From Candidatus Thalassarchaeaceae archaeon (GTDB taxonomy: Archaea > Thermoplasmatota > Poseidoniia > Poseidoniales > Thalassarchaeaceae), in the NCBI GenBank assembly GCA_045568075.1, contig JBJLBP010000001.1, positions 1 through 32,000 of the forward strand: DNA of 32,000 bases, read 5' to 3'. The stretch's first letter is position 1, and every line of letters begins with the position of its first letter. The notes below the pieces were generated by a model. It had not been told where the DNA came from. It was given only the letters and a program-made list of their open reading frames with translations, and searched no databases. The position numbers and the translations under genes are program-made. Shown here piece after piece: positions 17,626 through 24,769 of this stretch.

Positions 17626-17859
17626 TCACAGCTTGGTGCGGAAACCGAGTGCGCGGACTGCGCACCAGCCTATCCGTGACTCGAAAATCGAGAATGCACC
17701 CCCGGCGATTAGGCCAGCGGGTAACAGCCACAAGAATGACTGATTGATGTCAATGAGTAAAAACGAGGCGCCGATGAATAATCCTATTCCTAAGACAATA
17801 GTTCCCATACGACTACGGAAGCGCATTCCGCGTTGATCGATGTTACATGTAAATGCCAT
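17626..17859 (-). CDS. Small 2-TM protein, DUF2892 / YgaP-TM-like
   Basis: R-rich N-terminus, two TM helices, and a C-terminal GWCAVRALGFRT resembling the GxCPxYxLLG motif of DUF2892. Confidence 0.5.
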   Translation of the reverse strand: MAFTCNIDQRGMRFRSRMGTIVLGIGLFIGASFLLIDINQSFLWLLPAGLIAGGAFSIFESRIGWCAVRALGFRTKL

Positions 17860-17908
17860 CAAGCCGGTCGAAGGAGATATCAGTAATAAATCTCAGTTTA
17901 TTTCCTGA

Positions 17909-18941
17909 TTATTCATTTGGAATTTTGTTCGCGCCACGAACTATGAGTTGATTCGCATGAAATTCGAAGCTACAAGGCGTAGTCAGACAAGATTCGCCGT
18001 CTACAGTGACGAATAGAGTTGGATTATGAGTGGCATCTGCTGAAACATTTCCATTTGAATCAAGTGCTCCAATTTCAAACGTTTGGCAATCTTCCATGGT
18101 AATTTTATCCCACATTCCAACATGAGTGCCCTTTTCCAGCGGTCCCATGACCAATAGCATCTGTAATTTAGAAAGACCAAGGGCGATGAGTAATGTTGCA
18201 GAATCTCGCTTCGGGTGAATCCCTGGAGCAACTCGAAAACCACCACCAAAGGTTTCGCATTGACTTATGACGAACAATCCCTGCATATCGACAATATTTG
18301 CATCTGCGCCGTTGATTTTCATCCATGCTTTCTGGCTCTTCCAACCAAGAATTGCTCGAATTCCCAATGCTTTGTATTTTAGATGTCCACGTATCCACTT
18401 GAATTTGCCTTCTATTTTCATTCGATTAACACTTGAAGTCACACCACTATCTACCTCAAGGAATGACCATCGAACATGGTTACCTTGCTTATTTGGTTGG
18501 CCATTACAGGGGTGAGGTTTTGGAGTTGGGAAATTATCGTGATGAGGTGAAGGGAGGACCTTCACATCGCACACCACCCACCGTGTGATCGATGCCGTGA
18601 GCGAGAGTTTCGACTGCGCCTTCAATATCAAAAAGCGGTATCCCAACCGCACGCGCGAAGTCGTTTCCACTGCCCATAGGCAGAATACCCATCGTCCGAC
18701 CTGTTCCACGTAACGCACTTGCAACTTCATGGAAAGTACCATCTCCGCCTACTGCAACAATCATATTATGGTCGTCAGAGAGAAGTTTTGTTGCGATTTC
18801 GACAGCGTGTCCTGGTTCTTCGGTTTTGAATAAGTCAACCTCGAATCCAGCAGCTATGAGAGCTGTTTCAAAATCAGGCCATTGTTTGGCAGAAACTCCA
18901 TCACGAGCCTTTGGATTGAGGATGCACGCTATGCGAGGCAT
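17909..18941 (-). pseudogene. YegS/diacylglycerol-kinase-family lipid kinase split by a single frameshift near 18534-18600
   Basis: The N-terminal half (18534-18941, MPRIACILNPKA...IVAVGGDGTFHEV...LPMGSGNDFARA) and the C-terminal half (17909-about 18590, RWSFLEVDSG...FVTVDGE) lie in adjacent frames. Together they give one normal-length kinase. Confidence 0.7.
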
Positions 18942-19025
18942 GGATACCTGAGGATTGGATTCTGACTTGAATCCTCTCAGTGCGAGGAATGATGAGTGAT
19001 GCGAGGGTCGCGGTGTTTGGAAAGC

Positions 19026-20111
19026 ATGGAAGATGAGGCTGTATTCATGCGGCGAGCCATCGCGCTCGCCGAGCGCGGTCGCCATCGCGTAATGCCAAAT
19101 CCACTCGTTGGATGCGTACTGGTACGCGATGGAGAAGTGATTGCTGAGGGTTGGCACGACCATTTGGGTGGTTTACACGCCGAGCAGATGGCGATTGCTG
19201 ACGCGGAGGCAAAGGGCGTGCCGACACAGGGCTCGACAGCTTATGTCACACTTGAGCCCTGCAACCATTTCGGACGAACTCCACCATGTACTGAGGCTTT
19301 GCTCTGGGCAGGGGTGAAACGTGTAGTAATCGGCGCTGATGACCCTAATCCTACAGTTCGTGGCGATGGGGCCGAGGCGCTGCGAGCGGCGGGTGTTGAG
19401 GTCAAGAATGGGCTACTAGCCGAAGGATGCGCCGCTCAAATGAACGAATTCATGCATTGGTGCGAACATATGCAACCTGAGGTGTTGCTGAAGGCTGCAA
19501 TCGATGCAAATGGTAGAGTTGATTGTGACCCGAAGGAACCACCTCAGCGCTTTTCATCTCCTGAATCATTAGAAATTGTTCACGCAATGAGGGCTGATTC
19601 GATGGCGATTCTAGTTGGAGTTGACACGGTCGTTCGAGATGATCCGTCTCTGACAGTTCGTGGCCCTGACATTGGCCCACGTACACCCCCAACACGTGTT
19701 ATCGTTGATCCGAGTGGAAGAACACCAGCAGATAGCAAATTGCTTACCGATGGCGAGGCGCCTACACTTTTGATTCACGCCGAGCCATTCGATATTCCTC
19801 AATCTGACGCAGAACACGTTGAGCGTGCTGTACTAACTGCCGATGATGGTGAAATCCCAATCGCGCGCATACTTGCTTTCCTTGGCGACCGGGGAATTCA
19901 ATCGCTTCTCGTTGAAGGTGGCCCAAACACATGGAGGAGATTCTTGGCGGCTGGATTAGTAGACAGAGCTCACTTGTGTCAATCACCGGTCGAGTTGAGT
20001 GGGAATGGAACAGAATTTGCTGAATCTGAATTGAGTTCTGCTGGCTTGCAGCAATTCAGAGAAATAGAGGTCAGCGGAGATAGGATTAGCCATTGGAGGA
20101 GAGAGAATTAG
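19026..20111 (+). CDS. ribD: Bifunctional riboflavin biosynthesis protein RibD (pyrimidine deaminase + reductase)
   Basis: FMRRAIALAERG, HAEQMAI and TLEPCNHFGRTPPC form the CDA zinc motif. A C-terminal RibD_C-like reductase half follows. I chose the ATG at 19026; the ORF track starts at GTG 18996. Confidence 0.9.
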   Translation: MEDEAVFMRRAIALAERGRHRVMPNPLVGCVLVRDGEVIAEGWHDHLGGLHAEQMAIADAEAKGVPTQGSTAYVTLEPCNHFGRTPPCTEALLWAGVKRVVIGADDPNPTVRGDGAEALRAAGVEVKNGLLAEGCAAQMNEFMHWCEHMQPEVLLKAAIDANGRVDCDPKEPPQRFSSPESLEIVHAMRADSMAILVGVDTVVRDDPSLTVRGPDIGPRTPPTRVIVDPSGRTPADSKLLTDGEAPTLLIHAEPFDIPQSDAEHVERAVLTADDGEIPIARILAFLGDRGIQSLLVEGGPNTWRRFLAAGLVDRAHLCQSPVELSGNGTEFAESELSSAGLQQFREIEVSGDRISHWRREN

Positions 20112-20121
20112 CCAATCTTCT

Positions 20122-20373
20122 GTGACTGAGATTGAAGCGGAGCAGACTAGGTTGCAACGCTTTCTCGCAAATCCACTCGTCAAGTCGTTCATTGCCTACT
20201 CGATCTTTCGAGCCTTCTACGGAATGGGAATTCTGATTGTGACCTATTTCATTGCCACTAGCGAGAATAATCCATGGTGGTATTCACTAATTTTCCTAGC
20301 ATTCTCGATGGTATTCTCGAGACTACTTTTCCGCTGGATAAAGAAGGTGCGAGCTAAAGAAAAAACTGATTGA
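20122..20373 (+). CDS. Small 2-TM membrane protein, function unknown
   Basis: 83-aa ORF with a GTG start 10 nt after ribD. Two hydrophobic helices and a basic tail. AT-rich. Confidence 0.4.
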   Translation: MTEIEAEQTRLQRFLANPLVKSFIAYSIFRAFYGMGILIVTYFIATSENNPWWYSLIFLAFSMVFSRLLFRWIKKVRAKEKTD

Positions 20374-20772
20374 ATATTCTATTATTCGACCTACTTTGAG
20401 ACCTTTTTGTATTCTTTTTGAATTGAAAGATCTTCGACCCGTAAGAGGAAATGGACTGAGAAGATAATCACAAAACACTGTTTTATATCTCCTACGTCGA
20501 TTAGCCAATTTATGTCCTCACGAACAAGAGTGGCTTTAATCACCCTAATGGTGCTAGTTTCCGATTCTTCTCAAGTCATCCCTGACCATAATCATAGGAG
20601 GCGTTGTAATCAGCAATGAATGGAAGAGGCTTACTTGTGCTGGCTGCAAGAAACTTAGGAACTTAGTTTGGGACCCACAACACTTGCGTTGCTACGATTG
20701 TTTGCAAACTGAATAAAAGATACAAGACTACTATTCCGCAACGCTTGATACGCAGTCTGCTGCTGCCGATAC

Positions 20773-21717
20773 ATGACCCTGAACCCACCACGTGTAGTCG
20801 AATCCGCTCTGGATGCGATTGGCAATACCCCACTGATTAAGCTCAACCGCTTAGTTCCTGAAGGCAGTGCAGATGTCTATGTGAAACTCGAATCATTCAA
20901 CCCCACCGGCTCAAAGAAGGATCGAATGGCACTCGCCATGATCGAAGGTGCAGAAAAGCGCGGCGAACTACGTCCGGGAATGAGCGTCGTCGAATATTCG
21001 GGCGGTAGTACAGGAGCTGGATTGGCTCTTGTCTGTGCTGTGAAAGGTTACCATTTCCACATCATTTCTGCGGATTGCTTCGGTCGGGAGAAACTCGACA
21101 CAATGACCGCCTTTGGGGCTGAACTTGAGGTTCAGGAAACTCCTGATGGGAAAATCACCGGCGATGTCATCAAAGCGCTAATCGCCAGGGCGGCTGAATT
21201 GGCCGCGAATGAGAATTATTTCTTTACAGACCAAATCAACAATGACGACATTATCGATGGTTTCCGTAAGTTAGGAGAAGAGATCATCGCACAGATCGAT
21301 GGACCAGTGCATGCATTCTGCGATTCAGTTGGCACTGGTGGCTCAATTTGTGGTGTACAAGCGGCGATGCGCGAGGCCGGACAAGATACCAGAATCGTCG
21401 CTCTCGAGCCAACCTCGTCAGCTGTGCTGACGACTGGTGAAGGAGGACCACACAGTGTCGAAGGGATTGCTCTTGGATTCGTGCCGTCGCACCTCGCGGA
21501 TGAGCCATACGATGAGGTGCGAGCTATCGATGAGGGGGTCGCGCGCGAGACAGCATTGCGCTTGGCGCGCGAGGAGGGAATCTTCGCCGGCACTTCGAGC
21601 GGAATGAACGTAGCCGGCGCCCTAGAAGTCGCAGCAGAACTAGGTCCCGGCCACACCGTTGTCGCAATAGCCGTCGATTCCGGCCTCAAGTATCTCAGTG
21701 AAGGCCTCTATGACTGA
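20773..21717 (+). CDS. PLP-dependent cysteine synthase / CBS-family enzyme
   Basis: IGNTPLIKLNRL, NPTGSKKDRMALAMIEGAEKRG (PLP lysine), GGSTGAGLA and GTSSG. Fold-type II PLP pattern. Confidence 0.8.
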   Translation: MTLNPPRVVESALDAIGNTPLIKLNRLVPEGSADVYVKLESFNPTGSKKDRMALAMIEGAEKRGELRPGMSVVEYSGGSTGAGLALVCAVKGYHFHIISADCFGREKLDTMTAFGAELEVQETPDGKITGDVIKALIARAAELAANENYFFTDQINNDDIIDGFRKLGEEIIAQIDGPVHAFCDSVGTGGSICGVQAAMREAGQDTRIVALEPTSSAVLTTGEGGPHSVEGIALGFVPSHLADEPYDEVRAIDEGVARETALRLAREEGIFAGTSSGMNVAGALEVAAELGPGHTVVAIAVDSGLKYLSEGLYD

Positions 21718-21727
21718 GTTTGGGATC

Positions 21728-22114
21728 TTAATCATCATCGGATTCTGTCGGTATAAATTTCTCGAGGTTCTCGACTCTAGGCGTTGAAATACCCAGTAAT
21801 TTCCCAACGCCTGAGATGAAGAGAAGCAAGCCAAACAGGCCGATAAATCCCATAAAAACTAGCAAATGAAGGGAATCAAAGAACTCGTCGGAATCCCGCA
21901 GGTCAGTCACACCAAATCCGTCAGTATAGGTGAACAGCGCCGCACAGGCACCCATGATAATGAGGCCAAAAATGATGTAAACCGCAGACGGAGCTTCTTT
22001 TCCTTCGCCAAAATTAAACTCGAAACTCGCACTTCCAATAAGCGCCTTATTCTCGCGCTCAGGCTCATCATCTTCCGGGTGTTCGTCGAAGTCGTCCATT
22101 TCAGCCACTCTCAT
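21728..22114 (-). CDS. Membrane protein with acidic termini, function unknown
   Basis: 128-aa ORF with ATG start and two TM helices. No recognised motif. Confidence 0.4.
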   Translation of the reverse strand: MRVAEMDDFDEHPEDDEPERENKALIGSASFEFNFGEGKEAPSAVYIIFGLIIMGACAALFTYTDGFGVTDLRDSDEFFDSLHLLVFMGFIGLFGLLLFISGVGKLLGISTPRVENLEKFIPTESDDD

Positions 22115-22213
22115 TCATCCCCTCCTAAATGGTGCAGAAGAAGGCTCCGATGAATTAGATTTCAAATCGGCTAAACGGCTATAATCGATAGCCATGACGA
22201 GGAGTTGAATTTC

Positions 22214-22399
22214 ATGTCCCAAAACCATATTCTCGGTGTAGATTTGGAAATCTGGTTCGCGTTAGCTACTGCAGTATTTGTCATCGTTGTTTTCGCGCTT
22301 AGGGTTATTATTGGCATTTTCAGAGGCGAAAATGTTCTGGATGTGCTGGAAAAATCATTGGACGATGCGGTCGATTTTGATTACGACGATGATGACTGA
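22214..22399 (+). CDS. Small single-TM protein with a poly-acidic tail, function unknown
   Basis: ATG at 22214 (TTG at 22205 in the track). One TM helix, C-terminus DFDYDDDD. Confidence 0.35.
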   Translation: MSQNHILGVDLEIWFALATAVFVIVVFALRVIIGIFRGENVLDVLEKSLDDAVDFDYDDDD

Positions 22400-22450
22400 C
22401 TCCGAGAAGGGAATCCTAACTGAAGGTGCTTGGTTTGCAACTTATCTGAA

Positions 22451-22705
22451 TCAATTTGTCGCTGCTTTGGATTTCTTTCTGTTACGATTCCACTTCTTGA
22501 TACGAGGTAATTGCCACTTGATGATGCCCGTCCAGAAAACGATGCCAAGAACAACGGTCCCCATGATCATTGTGACCCAGGGTTGTCCGTCCCAATAGTC
22601 GATATTCCCCGTGAAGGTTATTGCACCAAAATATATTGAGAAACAAAACCCGAAGATTAGGTGAACCCAACGAAGAATGGTATTCCAATTCTTGGCCATC
22701 TTCAT
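22451..22705 (-). CDS. Small 2-TM membrane protein, function unknown
   Basis: 84-aa ORF. Its ATG overlaps the stop of the upstream 39-codon ORF (ATGA), suggesting translational coupling. Confidence 0.45.
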   Translation of the reverse strand: MKMAKNWNTILRWVHLIFGFCFSIYFGAITFTGNIDYWDGQPWVTMIMGTVVLGIVFWTGIIKWQLPRIKKWNRNRKKSKAATN

Positions 22706-22821
22706 TCGTCCTTGTTTTCGTTATCGTATTTCGCAAGTCTTTGTTCATATTCTTGTTTAGAAAGACCGTGCCAACCTTTGCACATTCCGGTCGGTGATCT
22801 CCCGCATCCACATTTCGTCAT
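22702..22821 (-). CDS. 39-aa Cys-rich peptide MTKCGCGRSPTGMCKGWHGLSKQEYEQRLAKYDNENKDE (below the ORF-track cutoff)
   Basis: Hand translation codon by codon. ATG start, TGA stop, 4-nt ATGA overlap with the downstream membrane-protein gene. Divergent from the HxlR gene. Confidence 0.4.
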   Translation of the reverse strand: MTKCGCGRSPTGMCKGWHGLSKQEYEQRLAKYDNENKDE

Positions 22822-22875
22822 GACTGTCGCATCTCACCTCAATACATGAAGCATCGAGTATCACACTCGAAGTCT

Positions 22876-22920
22876 AGTATCTTAGTCGATACTTGCAGAT
22901 TGATATAGAATCGATACTTG
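22876..22920. promoter_or_regulatory. Candidate operator/promoter: palindrome AGTATC-N6-GATACT plus a 10-mer TCGATACTTG repeated 25 bp apart, with an AT-rich TATA-like GATATAGA between them
   Basis: Seen at 22876-22893, 22886-22895 and 22911-22920. Lies 10-50 bp upstream of the HxlR ATG in a 107-bp divergent intergenic region. Confidence 0.3.
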
Positions 22921-22928
22921 GTATTCAT

Positions 22929-23285
22929 ATGCAACCAACACGAACAGTCGAGCAACCAATCTGCCTCAAGTCCGTCGCCCAAGAGACAATCATCCTACTA
23001 GGTAAATCACATGTCCTCGAAATATTGTACACTTTAAGCAAAAGAGACACCCCTATTCGTTTCAATGAATTGAAGCGCAGTATCAACATTACATCCACTA
23101 CTCTAAGTCGAAGATTAGAAGAATTAGTCGATGTTGGATTTCTAAATAGAGAAGTCTTTGCAGAAGTTCCACTAAGGGTTGAGTATTCTCAATCAGAAAA
23201 GGGGAAGGGATTAGGAAAGATACTATCTGATCTATTTAGTTGGATGAGTGAGAACCTTAATCACTCAGAAGAGAAGTCAAACTGA
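22929..23285 (+). CDS. HxlR-family winged-helix transcriptional regulator
   Basis: GKSHVLEILYTLSKRDTPIRFNELKRSINITSTTLSRRLEELVDVGFLNREV...RVEYSQSEKG. ATG at 22929. Confidence 0.8.
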   Translation: MQPTRTVEQPICLKSVAQETIILLGKSHVLEILYTLSKRDTPIRFNELKRSINITSTTLSRRLEELVDVGFLNREVFAEVPLRVEYSQSEKGKGLGKILSDLFSWMSENLNHSEEKSN

Positions 23286-23287
23286 GG

Positions 23288-24358
23288 GTGTTCAATTTGC
23301 AAAATGAAAAATCTATGTTTCAACTCGGATTGAACACTTTTGGTGATGTGACAAGAGGTGCGAATGGGGAATTTGAGGAGCATCATGTAGTCTTGAGAAA
23401 CGTAGTTGAAGAGGCGGTGCTTGCCGATAAATTAGGCTTGGATTTCTTTGGAGTTGGAGAGCATCATCGAGACGACTTTGCCGTCACTGCACCAGAGGTC
23501 GTTCTGGGTGCAATCGCCAGTAGAACTGAGAAAATTCGCCTGGGGACTGCAGTTACAGTACTGAATTCAGACGATCCGATTAGAGTCTACGAAAGATTCG
23601 CAACACTAGACGCGCTCTCAAATGGTAGAGCTGAAGTGATTCTGGGTCGTGGCTCCTTTACCGAATCCTTCCCTCTTTTTGGACATAGGATGGAAGATTA
23701 TGAAAGACTCTTTGAAGAGAATTTAGAAATTTTTTCTTTGCTCAGAAACGAAGATGAATTCGATTGGGAAGGAACAATTCGCAGCCCCCTCGTCAAGCAA
23801 CGAGTTTACCCGACCACTGAAAGAGGAAGTCTCAGATCTTGGATAGGTGTTGGAGGAAGTCCCGAATCTGTTGTTCGTGCGGCAAGACACGGAATCCCCC
23901 TCTGCCTTGCTATCATAGGAGGTGAACCATCTCGCTTCACACCCTTTGTCGATCTCTATCACAGAGCATTGACTCAGTTCGAACAACCTCGTCTGCCTAT
24001 TTCTGTACATAGTCCAGGTCACATTGCTGAGACAGACGAGCAAGCGAAAGAGGAGGTTTGGCCTCATTATCGAGAGTTGTTTGGTAGAATTGGTCGAGAG
24101 CGTGGTTGGCCACCAGTTACTTACGAGCAGTTTGAGTTTGGAATTGGTCCACACGGCTCGATGTACGTAGGGTCGCCTGAGACGGTAGCAGAGAAAATTA
24201 TTCGAAACTCAAAACTGTTACAGACATCTAGATTCGATCTGAAGTACAGCAATGGTGGTATGCCACATGATCAATTGATGAGTTCGATTGAGTTGTATGC
24301 TAAGGAAGTCGCTCCGATAGTTCGCGAAGCGATTACAGATTTCACTCCAATTCCTTGA
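23288..24358 (+). CDS. LLM-class (luciferase-like) flavin-dependent oxidoreductase
   Basis: LGLDFFGVGEHHRDDFAVTAPEVVLGAIASRTEKIRLGTAVTVL and DALSNGRAEVILGRGSF. The start may be the ATG at 23315. Confidence 0.85.
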   Translation: MFNLQNEKSMFQLGLNTFGDVTRGANGEFEEHHVVLRNVVEEAVLADKLGLDFFGVGEHHRDDFAVTAPEVVLGAIASRTEKIRLGTAVTVLNSDDPIRVYERFATLDALSNGRAEVILGRGSFTESFPLFGHRMEDYERLFEENLEIFSLLRNEDEFDWEGTIRSPLVKQRVYPTTERGSLRSWIGVGGSPESVVRAARHGIPLCLAIIGGEPSRFTPFVDLYHRALTQFEQPRLPISVHSPGHIAETDEQAKEEVWPHYRELFGRIGRERGWPPVTYEQFEFGIGPHGSMYVGSPETVAEKIIRNSKLLQTSRFDLKYSNGGMPHDQLMSSIELYAKEVAPIVREAITDFTPIP

Positions 24359-24382
24359 TACAATCCGAATCAAAGGGTACCC
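24329..24382 (+). repeat. Copy B of the 54-bp exact direct repeat (last 30 nt of the LLM gene plus 24 nt downstream)
   Basis: 54/54 identity with nt 1-54. Confidence 0.9.
24363..24382. repeat. Left arm of a 20-nt inverted repeat, ATCCGAATCAAAGGGTACCC
   Basis: Its reverse complement matches 24619-24638 at 19/20 positions. Confidence 0.9.
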
Positions 24383-24410
24383 TATGACTCGGTGATGAGT
24401 CAATGGGATT

Positions 24411-24572
24411 TCAAAGGGGTCTCTTGAAGTAGAATACCTTGAGTTTTCCCGCCTTTTTGCCTTTCGTTGAAACTAATTCCCAACCCTGACTTCCTAAATC
24501 ATTCAACATTTCAGTAATCTGGCTATACGATGCATCTGAATTTTCTACAATTCTATACTCCCACTGTGTCAT
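24411..24572 (-). CDS. DUF4177-like small protein, 53 aa (below the ORF-track cutoff)
   Basis: Hand translation gives MTQWEYRIVENSDASYSQITEMLNDLGSQGWELVSTKGKKAGKLKVFYFKRPL. The WEY...LNxLGxxGWELVS...FKRP pattern is typical of DUF4177. Confidence 0.6.
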   Translation of the reverse strand: MTQWEYRIVENSDASYSQITEMLNDLGSQGWELVSTKGKKAGKLKVFYFKRPL

Positions 24573-24618
24573 GAATCTGGATAGGGCTCAATAAGTTATG
24601 AAATTATTCCCTGCACAA

Positions 24619-24638
24619 GGGTACCCTTTGATTCAGAT
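24619..24638. repeat. Right arm of the inverted repeat, GGGTACCCTTTGATTCAGAT
   Basis: 19/20 complementary to 24363-24382. The two arms bracket 236 bp containing only the DUF4177 ORF. Confidence 0.9.
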
Positions 24639-24666
24639 TCTAAGTCTGACCGAGAGAGGAAAATAA

Positions 24667-24743
24667 TGGTGGGCGATACAGGATTCGAACCCATGTCCTA
24701 GCGTCCGAAGCGCCAGATGATATCCAGACTACACCAATCGCCC
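24667..24743 (-). tRNA. tRNA-Arg (anticodon UCG), CCA encoded
   Basis: Hand fold of the reverse complement: acceptor GGGCGAT/ATCGCCC, anticodon stem TGGCG/CGCTA with loop CT-TCG-GA, T-arm ATGGG-TTCGAAT-CCTGT, discriminator A then CCA. Confidence 0.85.
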
Positions 24744-24769
24744 AGCCGTTGACGACAGCCCACCCATTT

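Noticed and set aside
20374-20772. A 400-bp AT-rich spacer upstream of the cysteine-synthase gene, examined for a tRNA, riboswitch or small ORFs. One example is a 35-codon ORF at 20512-20619 (MSSRTRVALITLMVLVSDSS...).
   Set aside because: I could not fold a tRNA-like or recognisable riboswitch structure by eye. The small ORF has no supporting coupling, motif or conservation evidence.
1-24382. The 54-bp direct repeats as attL/attR of a 24-kb integrated element mobilised by the tyrosine recombinase at 6811-7917.
   Set aside because: The interval carries core genes (cox operon, secG, ribD, RNA methyltransferase, tRNA-Ser) at host-like composition. The recombinase looks Xer-like. The repeat is a gene 3' end that probably extends beyond the window. 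A duplication or paralogy explanation is more economical.
24391-24397. GTGATGA (C-box-like) suggesting a C/D box sRNA between the LLM gene and tRNA-Arg.
   Set aside because: No CTGA D box lies at an appropriate 40-70 nt distance and there is no C'/D' pair. The region is better explained by the DUF4177 ORF on the other strand.
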